In this document: positions 38,588-47,787 of the stretch, piece by piece
Numbering within the stretch: the stretch's first letter is position 1
Layout of the letters: each line of letters opens with the position of its first letter
Assembly: GCA_964606665.1 (NCBI GenBank)
Contig: CAZSHS010000002.1
Location: forward strand, 3,487 to 67,486
From: an uncultured Candidatus Obscuribacterales bacterium
Lineage (GTDB): Bacteria > Cyanobacteriota > Vampirovibrionia > Obscuribacterales > Obscuribacteraceae
Direction of reading: 5' to 3'
DNA: 64,000 nt
Notes under the pieces: model-generated
The model's input: the letters and a program-made list of their open reading frames with translations, nothing else
The model's database searches: none
What the model was told of the DNA's origin: nothing
Program-made: the position numbers and the translations under genes

Positions 38588-39424
38588 TTACTCTCCCTTG
38601 TAATTCGGTTTACGCTTTTCAGCAAATGCGGCCAGCCCCTCTAGTCTGTCTTTTGAGTTGAGTAGTTGTAGATAATTTTTGGTTTCAATGGCAAGACCCG
38701 CTTGAAGATCGCGGTCATAGCCCATGTCTATTGCTTGTTTTGCGTATTTGAGCGAAAGTGGTGCAAGTTTTGCAATTTCACTGGCCCACTCATGTGCTGC
38801 TTGTATCAAAGCTTTGTTATAACCATTTTCAAGAGTTTTGTCGGGGTCTTGAACTAGACGGTGCACCAGTCCAAGAGTTTTGCCTTCTTCTGCTTTTATG
38901 GGTCTTGCTGTGAGAATGGCTTCTTTGGCTTTGGATTTGCCAATAAGTCTTGGCAATCTTTGAGTGCCACCAGCACCTGGAATAATACCCAGAGTAACTT
39001 CAGTAAGTGCAAGACTAGCCGAGTCAAGCATAATGCGCAAATCACAAGAAAGTGCAAGCTCGGTGCCACCACCATAAGCAGGACCATTTATAGCTGCAAT
39101 AACTGGCTGAGGCAAGGCTTCAAGTGCGCACATTGTGCGCTGAATCAAAGATAAATAATCGAGCGTCTCGCCAGGTGTCATGCCTTTGCGCTCGGCTAAG
39201 TCAGCTCCGGCACAAAACGTTTTGGCTCCAGCGCCAATTACAATTACGACGCGGATATCTTTGTTCTGTTCGAGTTTGGCACATGCATTACAAATAGCTT
39301 GCAATAGTTTCGTATTGAGACAGTTGTGCACGTCTGGACGATTAAGTTTGAGCCAGGCAATTGGCGAATCTTTTTCGATTTCTAAAAGCAATACATCGTT
39401 ATCCACAAGCACCTCTGCTGTCAT
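38588..39424 (-). CDS. Enoyl-CoA hydratase/isomerase family (methylglutaconyl-CoA hydratase-like)
   Basis: Crotonase motifs FCAGADL, GPAYGGGTELALSCDLRI and GIIPGAGGTQRLPRLIG. ATGA overlap with the HMG-CoA lyase gene. Confidence 0.85.
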   Translation of the reverse strand: MTAEVLVDNDVLLLEIEKDSPIAWLKLNRPDVHNCLNTKLLQAICNACAKLEQNKDIRVVIVIGAGAKTFCAGADLAERKGMTPGETLDYLSLIQRTMCALEALPQPVIAAINGPAYGGGTELALSCDLRIMLDSASLALTEVTLGIIPGAGGTQRLPRLIGKSKAKEAILTARPIKAEEGKTLGLVHRLVQDPDKTLENGYNKALIQAAHEWASEIAKLAPLSLKYAKQAIDMGYDRDLQAGLAIETKNYLQLLNSKDRLEGLAAFAEKRKPNYKGE

Positions 39425-40368
39425 TTTGCTAGCTTTTCCTTTTCTTTTACTTTTTGCTCAGCACCAAGGCACGCTTTCAAATAGCGACCAGGCAAATCTT
39501 TGTGCAATATTTTTTGAGCAAATTTTCCTGCATCCACCAATTTTTCTAAATCTATTCCAGTATCTATTTTCATGCCATGCAGCATATAAACGAGATCTTC
39601 AGTTGCCAGATTGCCTGAAGCACCAGGGGCATAAGGACAGCCACCAAGCCCACCAAGACTTGAATCGAATATTTTTATTCCGGACTCAAGTCCAGCCAGT
39701 ACATTGGCTAGAGCCCCGCCTCTGGTATCGTGAAAATGAAGAGCTAGTTTTTCAAGTCCCACATTTTTAGCAAGAAGGTCCACAACCTCACTGACGTGTA
39801 ACGGATTAGCGGCGCCTATGGTGTCACCAAGAGAGATTTCGTCTACTTTCATCTCCAATAAACGATCGCATATTTTTATCACTGGCTCAGGAGTGATTTT
39901 GCCTTCGTAAGGACATTCAAACACAACCGAGACATAGGCGCGCACTCTGTAGCCATCAGTTTTTGCGACATCAGCTACTTCTTTTAGTGCAACTAAGGCT
40001 TCGTCGATTGATTTATTGATATTCTTCTTGCTGTGCGACTCTGAAGCCGACATAAATAGATTTACTTGCTTGATACTTGTTTGTTTAAAACGCTCGTAAC
40101 CTTTTAAGTTAGGCACCAAAGCTGATGTCACAATATTTGCAGGCAATTTGTCACAGACTAGCTGAGCAAGCTCTGCCGCATCAGCCAATTGCGGAATCCA
40201 CTTGGGACTGACAAAAGAAGTTATTTCTATTTCGCCAAGACCTGAAGCTGCAATTTTTTCAATCAACTCAGCTTTGTGACTAGTTGCAACTTGCTCTGGT
40301 TCGTTTTGCAGTCCGTCGCGAGGACCGACCTCAACTATTTTTACTTTGGATGGAAGACTTTGAAACAT
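39421..40368 (-). CDS. Hydroxymethylglutaryl-CoA lyase
   Basis: VEVGPRDGLQNE N-terminal signature, HFHDTRG, and GLGGCPYAPGASGN at the C-terminus. Confidence 0.9.
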   Translation of the reverse strand: MFQSLPSKVKIVEVGPRDGLQNEPEQVATSHKAELIEKIAASGLGEIEITSFVSPKWIPQLADAAELAQLVCDKLPANIVTSALVPNLKGYERFKQTSIKQVNLFMSASESHSKKNINKSIDEALVALKEVADVAKTDGYRVRAYVSVVFECPYEGKITPEPVIKICDRLLEMKVDEISLGDTIGAANPLHVSEVVDLLAKNVGLEKLALHFHDTRGGALANVLAGLESGIKIFDSSLGGLGGCPYAPGASGNLATEDLVYMLHGMKIDTGIDLEKLVDAGKFAQKILHKDLPGRYLKACLGAEQKVKEKEKLAK

Positions 40369-40580
40369 TATTCAAGCGTGATGATTACATCACCTTCGTT
40401 GACGAAATCGCCTGATGCAATTTTGATTTCTTTAACCGTGCCAGCCTCTTCAGACTGTACGGGCAATTGCATTTTCATCGATTCAAGCAACGCGACATCC
40501 ATTCCCTCGGAAACTACTTGTCCGGGTTTGACCAGAATTTCAATCACCACTCCAGCCATCATCGATGCTATTTGTTTCAT
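40368..40580 (-). CDS. Small stand-alone biotinyl/lipoyl-attachment domain protein (BCCP-like)
   Basis: About 70 aa: GVVIEILVKPGQVVSEGMDVALLESMKMQLPVQSEEAGTVKEIKIASGDFVNEGDVIITLE, with an (E)SMKM biotinylation motif. Its stop overlaps the lyase start (TAATG). The start could be as far upstream as 40631. Confidence 0.75.
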   Translation of the reverse strand: MKQIASMMAGVVIEILVKPGQVVSEGMDVALLESMKMQLPVQSEEAGTVKEIKIASGDFVNEGDVIITLE

Positions 40581-40680
40581 TAATCCTAAGTCTCCCCAAG
40601 TAATTCGCCTGATTTGCCCAGATGTTAGCAAACCAGATCTACTTTATATATGACCTTCGTTTTAACTTATTTCTCAGCCG

Positions 40681-42048
40681 CTAGCTGAATAAACCGCGCA
40701 GAGCGTCATTAATTTTCTTGACATCCTCCTCGCCTTCTGCGGGCGCCGACGCTTGAGAATCTTCTTTCTTCTCTTGTGTCGCTTCAGGCTCAAGTGGAGC
40801 AATTAATTCAGATGGAGGCAAGTTTGCAATCACTGGAGCCACCTCTGACGACTTTGCTTGTTCTTCTGCCATTTCAGAAGTTTCGAATTCATCATCGTCA
40901 AGAAATGGTGTAGGTCCAGATTGGGGCATGGGATCAAATGCCGAGGCGGGCAAAGTCACTGGCTGCGAATTGGTAGCAGCTGCTGGTTGAGCGTCGAGAG
41001 TTTCTGGAATGGGAGCGGTGACTGGTGAAGGCCCAGCCTCAGGCAATATGGGTGGAGCTGGCGCAGGTTCTATTACAGGTTGCGGCTCTGGCATGGGCAA
41101 AGGGGCAGGAATTGGCTCGGGAGTTGGTGCAGGCTCAGGCTGGACCGCAGGAGCAGGTGCAGGTGCAGGTGCAGGAGCTGATACAGCGTTAGGAGCTAAG
41201 TCAGCAGAAGCTGCTGCTTTGGAAGCTGGAGCTGGTTCGGTGGCTGGAGCATCGGGTGGAATCTCGTCTCCCAAATCGGCCCACGAAACAGTTGGCGTCA
41301 GCGACCATAAATCAACATCTTTGTTTTCTGTTTTGGGATGACTAAACAAAAAGAGCGAAGGATTTTCATCACTTGAAGACTCTGCAGGCGTTGAACCAAC
41401 AGGCTCTGAACCAATAGCTTGCACTAGTACTGAAGCCAGACTATCTTCATAGGGTGCAGCAGTTGGTGCTTGTTTTGGTGCGGAAGCCTGAGGCGCTTGG
41501 GCTGCAGGAGGTTGAGCGGGTAAATTGGAATGACTTTTCTTCGCCTTTTCTTCCGAGTCGCGATTGACTATTGCAGCGAGCTTGGACTGGCTTGCTCGCG
41601 CTTTATCTTTTGCTGGAGCAGGTGTTGGTGTTGATGTTGGTGCTGGTGTTGATGCGCCAGATGCCTCAGCAGTTGATGCGACCGATGCTTTAGCTGCAAC
41701 AGGAGCTTGTGCAGGCGCAGCCTGAGTTGCAACAGCAGACGCTTTAGACTTGCTTGGCTTGTAACCCGTCAAAAAAGATTCGCCACGCTTACCACCGCGT
41801 GCTGCAAGTTCTGCACCTACTTTCAGTGCTATCGAAGCCCATTCGGCACTGCCGTATTCGGCCTTCATGCCCAAAACTACTTCTTTGTCTTCTGAAATGC
41901 CCGAAAGCAACTTACGCGACTCTTCGACTCTCGCCTCAAGCTCAGCTACTTGCCGTTCCACTTCATAAATTTCAGCTTTAGTTACCGCTTCTTTCTCGTC
42001 AAATTCGTCTAGAAGCTGCTTTACCTTCTCAGGGTCAATAAGCGACAT
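40681..42048 (-). CDS. Unknown protein: N-terminal coiled coil plus a long Pro/Ala-rich low-complexity region
   Basis: 455-aa ORF. N-terminus EKVKQLLDEFDEKEAVTKAEIYEVERQVAELEARVEES, followed by about 330 aa rich in P/A/S, including an APAPAPAPAP run. Confidence 0.55.
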   Translation of the reverse strand: MSLIDPEKVKQLLDEFDEKEAVTKAEIYEVERQVAELEARVEESRKLLSGISEDKEVVLGMKAEYGSAEWASIALKVGAELAARGGKRGESFLTGYKPSKSKASAVATQAAPAQAPVAAKASVASTAEASGASTPAPTSTPTPAPAKDKARASQSKLAAIVNRDSEEKAKKSHSNLPAQPPAAQAPQASAPKQAPTAAPYEDSLASVLVQAIGSEPVGSTPAESSSDENPSLFLFSHPKTENKDVDLWSLTPTVSWADLGDEIPPDAPATEPAPASKAAASADLAPNAVSAPAPAPAPAPAVQPEPAPTPEPIPAPLPMPEPQPVIEPAPAPPILPEAGPSPVTAPIPETLDAQPAAATNSQPVTLPASAFDPMPQSGPTPFLDDDEFETSEMAEEQAKSSEVAPVIANLPPSELIAPLEPEATQEKKEDSQASAPAEGEEDVKKINDALRGLFS

Positions 42049-42060
42049 TTGTTGCTCCGA

Positions 42061-42834
42061 TTACAGGCACGCCTTGGTTTCTTCAACCAGTTTTCCGAAA
42101 AGCCACATAGACAACTGCTCCAAAGTTTCAATCGGAGGTTCGGAGTCTTTCATGCGCCACATCATTCCCTGGTCTGAAATTTTCACTTGCACTACACACA
42201 AGGGATTATAACTGTTCTCGAACTGGCTACCGCCAAGTACAACATTTACTGGCAACAAATAGCAATCGACTTTGTCTGAGTGCCCTCTGACTACCAGGGC
42301 AAAATGGCGGGTTGTAAATCGGCAGCGAAAATAGGTTGCGGTCTCTTCAACTTCGCGCATGCGATTAAATCGAGTCACTTCTGTAACGTCACCAGATATG
42401 GTGCCAGAAATATATAAATCGGTACCAGCAGCCACTCTGTTAAATTCGGCAGTGTACTTCTGTAAAAGTCCGTACATTTTATCTACTAAAACAGCGATAC
42501 CTGTGCGGTAAGCCGTTTCTTCAGCCATGTCTCCAAACTGGACGCCTTTTTGATCAGCCAAAAATTGCATCGAGTCTTTCTTGAGCTGATCCATCCATGA
42601 AGGCGGAATATCAGTTGGCGGAGCTTGAGGTAAAACAAATTGCTGCTGCATGTGAGTATCTTGCTGCCAACGACCCGAATCGCCTCTAGACAGTGCTGCT
42701 TGCTGCTGCTCGTAAGCAGTTTGCTGACCGTAGTTACCCCTATCCACCTGACGCTGTGCAGAGGGAGCTGAGTTAGGTTGACGCTCCAGAAACTTCCGAT
42801 TCTTAGGATCGTCTTTGTCGCCTTTTTTCTGCAT
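42061..42834 (-). CDS. Unknown protein (Q-rich N-terminus, globular C-terminal domain)
   Basis: 257-aa ORF lying 12 nt upstream of 40681-42048 on the same strand. I recognise no motif. Confidence 0.55.
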   Translation of the reverse strand: MQKKGDKDDPKNRKFLERQPNSAPSAQRQVDRGNYGQQTAYEQQQAALSRGDSGRWQQDTHMQQQFVLPQAPPTDIPPSWMDQLKKDSMQFLADQKGVQFGDMAEETAYRTGIAVLVDKMYGLLQKYTAEFNRVAAGTDLYISGTISGDVTEVTRFNRMREVEETATYFRCRFTTRHFALVVRGHSDKVDCYLLPVNVVLGGSQFENSYNPLCVVQVKISDQGMMWRMKDSEPPIETLEQLSMWLFGKLVEETKACL

Positions 42835-42934
42835 TTCTAACCAAACTCCATATCAAAAAACTTGCCGGACAGAATTTTGGAACATAATATTTGAATATGC
42901 CCTGTTTTTTTCGCCACGAATCCAGAGTTAATTT

Positions 42935-45505
42935 TTAGCTCTCTTGCAGATATTTGACCATCTGAGTGTACTCAGACAAGTCTGCGGAGGTTTTGCTCAA
43001 GTCTGAGCCATCGGCAAAAACATGCATCACCGGCTCCACTGCATCGGGCAAAATCAAAATCCAGTGATCAGGACCAGTTTTAATTTTGACTCCATCAACC
43101 AAATCGATCGGTTTTTCCTGATGTTTTTCGACCAGTAATCGCATGACCTGTCCCTTGCGCTCCCAAGGGCAATGAACCGAGCCCACTTGATAGTAGAGTG
43201 GCGGCAAGTCTTTTACTGCTTCGCCAAGAGTTCGGCCTTGATAGGTCAAATGTTCGATTACTTGACCCACAGCGAACATGGCGTCGTATCCATTTTGAAA
43301 CTCGGGAAAAATGAAGCAACCGTTCGCGCTACCGCCAAGTGCTACATTTGAAGATTTAGAAGTACAGTGACCGATGTCTGCGTCTGAGGCTTTACAGCGC
43401 ACAACCTGACAATTGTGCTTATCGGCAATGCGCTCAATAACTGAACTGGAATTGACCGGAACAACAATAGTTTGACCGGGTTTGTCTCGCAAAATTATAT
43501 CGGCTACAAGCGCTAGCAGCAATTCACCGCGGATGATATGTCCAGTCTCATCCACTAGTGTCATTTGCTCGCCGTTGCGACCAATTTGCACACCCATGTC
43601 GGCGGACAAAGCCCGCACTACATCAGCAAGCTGGCGACGCATAGCCATGCGCTCATCTTGTCGAGGAGCATTTGCGCGAATAGATGAATTCAACACAACA
43701 GTCTCGACACCCAATTGTCCAAGCAAGTCGGGAAGAATGACGCCCGTTTCAGACATAGCATAGTCCAACACAACTTTTGGAGCCTGAGTAGCGATACTTC
43801 CAGAGCGCGTTTTGCGGGTAAACTTAGAGCCCGGCATCACGCAAAATGGAACTGCATCCTCTTCAAAGACCTGACCTTTCACTTTTTCCAGGAAGTCTTG
43901 TTTGTAGTATTCGCGCACAAGACTGGGATAAGCAATTCTTCCGATGTCGCTTGGCTTACTGCGTGGAAAATCTTCTTTGAAAAATGTTGCTTCTATCTTC
44001 TTCTCCATATTTTTGGGAATGCTAATTCCCTGATTATCGAAGAATTCAATCATTATTTTTTCAGGCTCGCGCTGCGATAAACGAATATGAATCAGTCCTG
44101 CTGCGCGCTGTGTTTTTACATAATACCTGGAGATGGGAAGTGCTGAAGCTTCTAAGTTTTGCACTTCAATTCCGACCGATTGCAAACCAGCAGATATGGC
44201 CCGGCTTATCATCTGACTGACTGGCCAGTAATCGCGACTAACCAATACCGGTCCACTTTTGACCACTGAACCATAAGCGGCTGCCAGGTTCACTGCAAAT
44301 TCCGGAGTCAATTCGACGTTTGCTAAACCACGAACACCATTGGTACTAAAAATGGTGCGAGGTGCTTTGGTTCCCCATACAAGTGATGTCACAACTCGCG
44401 ATCCAGATTCAATTACTTTATCTGGCCAGACTCGCACATCGGGACTTACGATGGATTCTTGTCCGACCGATGTATTTTCGCCAATGATACCACCTTCTAA
44501 AATCTCGGCGCCATCATGGATGGTGGCATTGTTGCAAACAATACAGGCACGCAATTGCGCTTTCTTGCCCACATAAACATTAGACCAGATAACCGGCTGC
44601 TTTAGAGAGCTTTGTTCTTGCACAACAACATTGTCACCAATAGTCGAGCCCGGGCCAATTTCGACATTAGGCCCAATGCGACAGTCTTTACCGATAAGTA
44701 CAGGTCCGGTAATTCTGGCAGTAGGATCTATTTGCGAACCCTGACCGATGTAAACATTGCCTGGATCTTTTTGAGCATAACTCATTTTACATTTCACTAT
44801 ACCGTCAAGAATATCTTTGTGCGCCTGGCGATACATTTGCAAGTTACCGACATCACACCAGTACCCATCCATTACATAACCGTACATGGGCTCGTTGCGC
44901 AACAAAAGAAGTGGAAACAAGTCATTTGAAAAGTCTTGTTCTTGCCCCAAAATTATGTAATTAAGTACATCCGGTTCAAGAATATAAGTGCCCGTGTTTG
45001 CAGTATCTGAAAAGACTTCAGAAGCTGATGGTTTCTCTAGAAAGCGCTTAATACGACCATCTTTCTCGGTGATAACCAGTCCATATTCAAGTGGATTTTC
45101 TACTCGTTTCAAGACTAGAGTGGCTTTAGATTTACGCTCTTTGTGAAACTTGAGCGCGGCAGTCAAGTCCATGTCGGTCAAAGTATCGCCTGAAATAACA
45201 AGAAAAGTAGAGTCTAATTTATCTTGAATTGCTTTGACACAACCGGCGGTGCCAAGCGGTTTTCCTTCTTCGGTCGAATAACCTATTTTGCAATTAAAAT
45301 CAGAACCATCACCAAAATAATTTTTGATCGCATCAGGCAAATAGTGCAAAGTAAAAGTAATATCGTCGAAGCCATGTTCGTTCATAAGGTCTACTACGTG
45401 CTCTGCCATTGGTCTGTTGCCCACTGGCACCATCGGCTTTGGAATATTGCAAGTCAGAGGTCTCAAGCGGGTTCCTGAACCACCGGCCATTATCACCCCT
45501 TTCAT
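42935..45505 (-). CDS. Sugar-1-phosphate nucleotidyltransferase (left-handed beta-helix) fused to a phosphomannomutase/phosphoglucomutase-like domain
   Basis: N-terminal GVIMAGGSGTRLRPLT...PKPMVPV, hexapeptide-repeat region, and a C-terminal PGM/PMM-like fold that aligns by eye to AlgC-type enzymes but with altered active-site motifs. Confidence 0.85.
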   Translation of the reverse strand: MKGVIMAGGSGTRLRPLTCNIPKPMVPVGNRPMAEHVVDLMNEHGFDDITFTLHYLPDAIKNYFGDGSDFNCKIGYSTEEGKPLGTAGCVKAIQDKLDSTFLVISGDTLTDMDLTAALKFHKERKSKATLVLKRVENPLEYGLVITEKDGRIKRFLEKPSASEVFSDTANTGTYILEPDVLNYIILGQEQDFSNDLFPLLLLRNEPMYGYVMDGYWCDVGNLQMYRQAHKDILDGIVKCKMSYAQKDPGNVYIGQGSQIDPTARITGPVLIGKDCRIGPNVEIGPGSTIGDNVVVQEQSSLKQPVIWSNVYVGKKAQLRACIVCNNATIHDGAEILEGGIIGENTSVGQESIVSPDVRVWPDKVIESGSRVVTSLVWGTKAPRTIFSTNGVRGLANVELTPEFAVNLAAAYGSVVKSGPVLVSRDYWPVSQMISRAISAGLQSVGIEVQNLEASALPISRYYVKTQRAAGLIHIRLSQREPEKIMIEFFDNQGISIPKNMEKKIEATFFKEDFPRSKPSDIGRIAYPSLVREYYKQDFLEKVKGQVFEEDAVPFCVMPGSKFTRKTRSGSIATQAPKVVLDYAMSETGVILPDLLGQLGVETVVLNSSIRANAPRQDERMAMRRQLADVVRALSADMGVQIGRNGEQMTLVDETGHIIRGELLLALVADIILRDKPGQTIVVPVNSSSVIERIADKHNCQVVRCKASDADIGHCTSKSSNVALGGSANGCFIFPEFQNGYDAMFAVGQVIEHLTYQGRTLGEAVKDLPPLYYQVGSVHCPWERKGQVMRLLVEKHQEKPIDLVDGVKIKTGPDHWILILPDAVEPVMHVFADGSDLSKTSADLSEYTQMVKYLQES

Positions 45506-46731
45506 CGCGATCCTCCTTTCAATAAAGCATCTTGCTTTGAATCGGCAAAAACTTTCTCATAAGTTTCTTGCGTTTTCTTGGTAATTATTTTCCAGTTATA
45601 AACTTCTTCCACTGCTTTGGTAGCAGTTTGATTTAGATGATGAGCTAGACCCGGATCCCTAAGCACTTGCAAGATGCCCCATGCCAGACTATCTGAATTA
45701 CCAGCATAAGTGGTAACACCATTTTGCATGTGCTCAACAAAGTCGCGCAAGCCACCTACATCTGATACCACAACTGGTGTACCAGCGGCCATGCCTTCTA
45801 GTGCCACTATTCCAAAAGGCTCATAGAGACTTGGTATGGCTACAGCATCTGAAATTTGAAAGAGCTTGAGCAAATCAGCATCTGCCACATAACCCAGAAA
45901 ACGAACATTTTGAGTCACACCTAAATAAGCTGCCTGAGCCTTTAGAGTCTCCATAAAATATCCAGTACCCACAATCAAAAACTGCGTTTCGGGATATTGC
46001 TGAATAACTTTTGGTGCAGCATCAATCAAGACCTGAACACCTTTTTCATTAACCAGTCGTCCAACATACAAAACTATTTTCTGACTTTCCCCAGCAAAAC
46101 TTTGACGAAAAGCGCGTTTTTCATTCTCAGGAAAATCTATTCTGAAATTCTCTGGAGTAACCCCATTTGGAATTACGTCTATTTTGTTTAAAGGCAAATC
46201 AAAAGAACCACGCAATTCATCAACCATGTGTTGGCTGTTGACTATTACTCTAAAAGACTCATAGGTTAAGCGCCATTCCATTTGATGAACATATCTTTGC
46301 AGACCGGTATGAATACCACCCATTCTGCCCTGTTCAGTAGCGTGAATAGTGGTTACAAGCGGCGTGTCATAAGTAGTTTTCAACACCCAGGCAGCATCAG
46401 TCACCATCCAGTCATGCGCGTGAATGACATCAAATTTTTGTTCGTTAAATAATGGAATGGCATACTGCAAAAAGCCAAAATTCAATTTACTCACCCAGGT
46501 CAAGAAGTCGGGTGAACTATCAGTTTGAGTTTTAACCCGGTGGACCTTAACTTTGCCGTCAAGCTCAAATTCAGGGGTAGCTGGATGGTCGGCTGTAATT
46601 ACATGCACATCAAGTCCAAGCTCTGCCAACTCATGAGACAATGCCCAGACTACTCTTGCCAACCCGCCTATTATGCGAGGTGGGTATTCCCAGGCGAGCA
46701 TGAGTACTCTTTTCACTTTTTGGGACGCCAA
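45502..46731 (-). CDS. GT4-family (group 1) glycosyltransferase
   Basis: N-terminal VLMLAWEYPPRIIGGLARVV and C-terminal E-x7-E region (EPFGIVALEGMAAGTPVV). ATGA overlap with the downstream nucleotidyltransferase. Confidence 0.85.
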   Translation of the reverse strand: MASQKVKRVLMLAWEYPPRIIGGLARVVWALSHELAELGLDVHVITADHPATPEFELDGKVKVHRVKTQTDSSPDFLTWVSKLNFGFLQYAIPLFNEQKFDVIHAHDWMVTDAAWVLKTTYDTPLVTTIHATEQGRMGGIHTGLQRYVHQMEWRLTYESFRVIVNSQHMVDELRGSFDLPLNKIDVIPNGVTPENFRIDFPENEKRAFRQSFAGESQKIVLYVGRLVNEKGVQVLIDAAPKVIQQYPETQFLIVGTGYFMETLKAQAAYLGVTQNVRFLGYVADADLLKLFQISDAVAIPSLYEPFGIVALEGMAAGTPVVVSDVGGLRDFVEHMQNGVTTYAGNSDSLAWGILQVLRDPGLAHHLNQTATKAVEEVYNWKIITKKTQETYEKVFADSKQDALLKGGSR

Positions 46732-46770
46732 ATTAATCCAAGACCTCCATTTTCTTTTTTTATTCCACGC

Positions 46771-47787
46771 TCATTCAACACTTAGAGGTCTTGCCATCAA
46801 AGACATTATTGTCTCTCTGGCGGTAATATTACCTTTCATTGTGGCTTGAACTTGCTCTGCTATGGGTAGCTCGATGCCCATATTTTTTGAAAGTTCACAA
46901 ACAGCATAAGTGGTTTCTACTCCTTCAGCCGTTGCCTTCACTATCGAAACAGCTTCGTCCACGGACTTTCCAGATGCCAGTTGCAATCCTATATTGTAGT
47001 TGCGAGATAAAGGACTCTGACAAGTAGCAAAGAGGTCGCCCATACCCGATAGTCCCCACAAAGTAGACGACTTTGCACCCATTGCTTTTGACAAACGGAC
47101 CATCTCAGCAAGGCCTCGAGTCAAAAGAGCAGATTTGGCGTTGATACCAAGATTTAATCCATCTGAAATACCCGCTGCAATAGCGATTATATTTTTAATT
47201 GTGCCGCCTAGTTCCACTCCCACTAAATCATCGCTGGAATACACGCGAAAAGTAGGACAACTGAGCGCCTTTTGCAGACCCCTTGCCACTTCTAAATCGT
47301 CGCAAGCAAGCACGGCTGCTGCCGGTTTGCCTGAGGCAATTTCAAAAGCGAGATTGGGACCAGATAGTGCACACACAGGATAATTTGGGTCTTTAGCTGC
47401 CTGACGCAAAACCTCAGACATTCTAAGCAAACTACCGCGCTCTAATCCCTTGGCGACGCTGACTACAGGCGTTTTTAGATTGTCTTTGTCCAAAATGATT
47501 TTTATTTTTTCCATCATTTCGCGCATAGACTGCGAATCGCAAGCCATCACGATAAGTTCGGCATCTTCAAGGGCACAAGCCAAATCATTGTAAATATGCA
47601 CTGCATTTGAAAGAGTAAGCTCGCATGGTGTCTTTAATTTGCGCGTTTGAATTATTTCATCGCCTTTGATTTTGTCGTGCGACCAAAGTGAAATTTTGGA
47701 TTTATGTTCGCCTAAAAGCCAGGCAAGAGTTCCGCCCCAGGCGCCAGCTCCGATAATGCAAATTGCTTTGTCTTGCATCCTGCTCAT
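46771..47787 (-). CDS. gpsA: NAD(P)H-dependent glycerol-3-phosphate dehydrogenase
   Basis: GAGAWGGTLA dinucleotide fold, GPNLAFE, GTIKNIIAIAAGISDGL and LSRNYNIG blocks. ATGA overlap with the upstream GGDEF gene. Confidence 0.9.
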   Translation of the reverse strand: MSRMQDKAICIIGAGAWGGTLAWLLGEHKSKISLWSHDKIKGDEIIQTRKLKTPCELTLSNAVHIYNDLACALEDAELIVMACDSQSMREMMEKIKIILDKDNLKTPVVSVAKGLERGSLLRMSEVLRQAAKDPNYPVCALSGPNLAFEIASGKPAAAVLACDDLEVARGLQKALSCPTFRVYSSDDLVGVELGGTIKNIIAIAAGISDGLNLGINAKSALLTRGLAEMVRLSKAMGAKSSTLWGLSGMGDLFATCQSPLSRNYNIGLQLASGKSVDEAVSIVKATAEGVETTYAVCELSKNMGIELPIAEQVQATMKGNITARETIMSLMARPLSVE

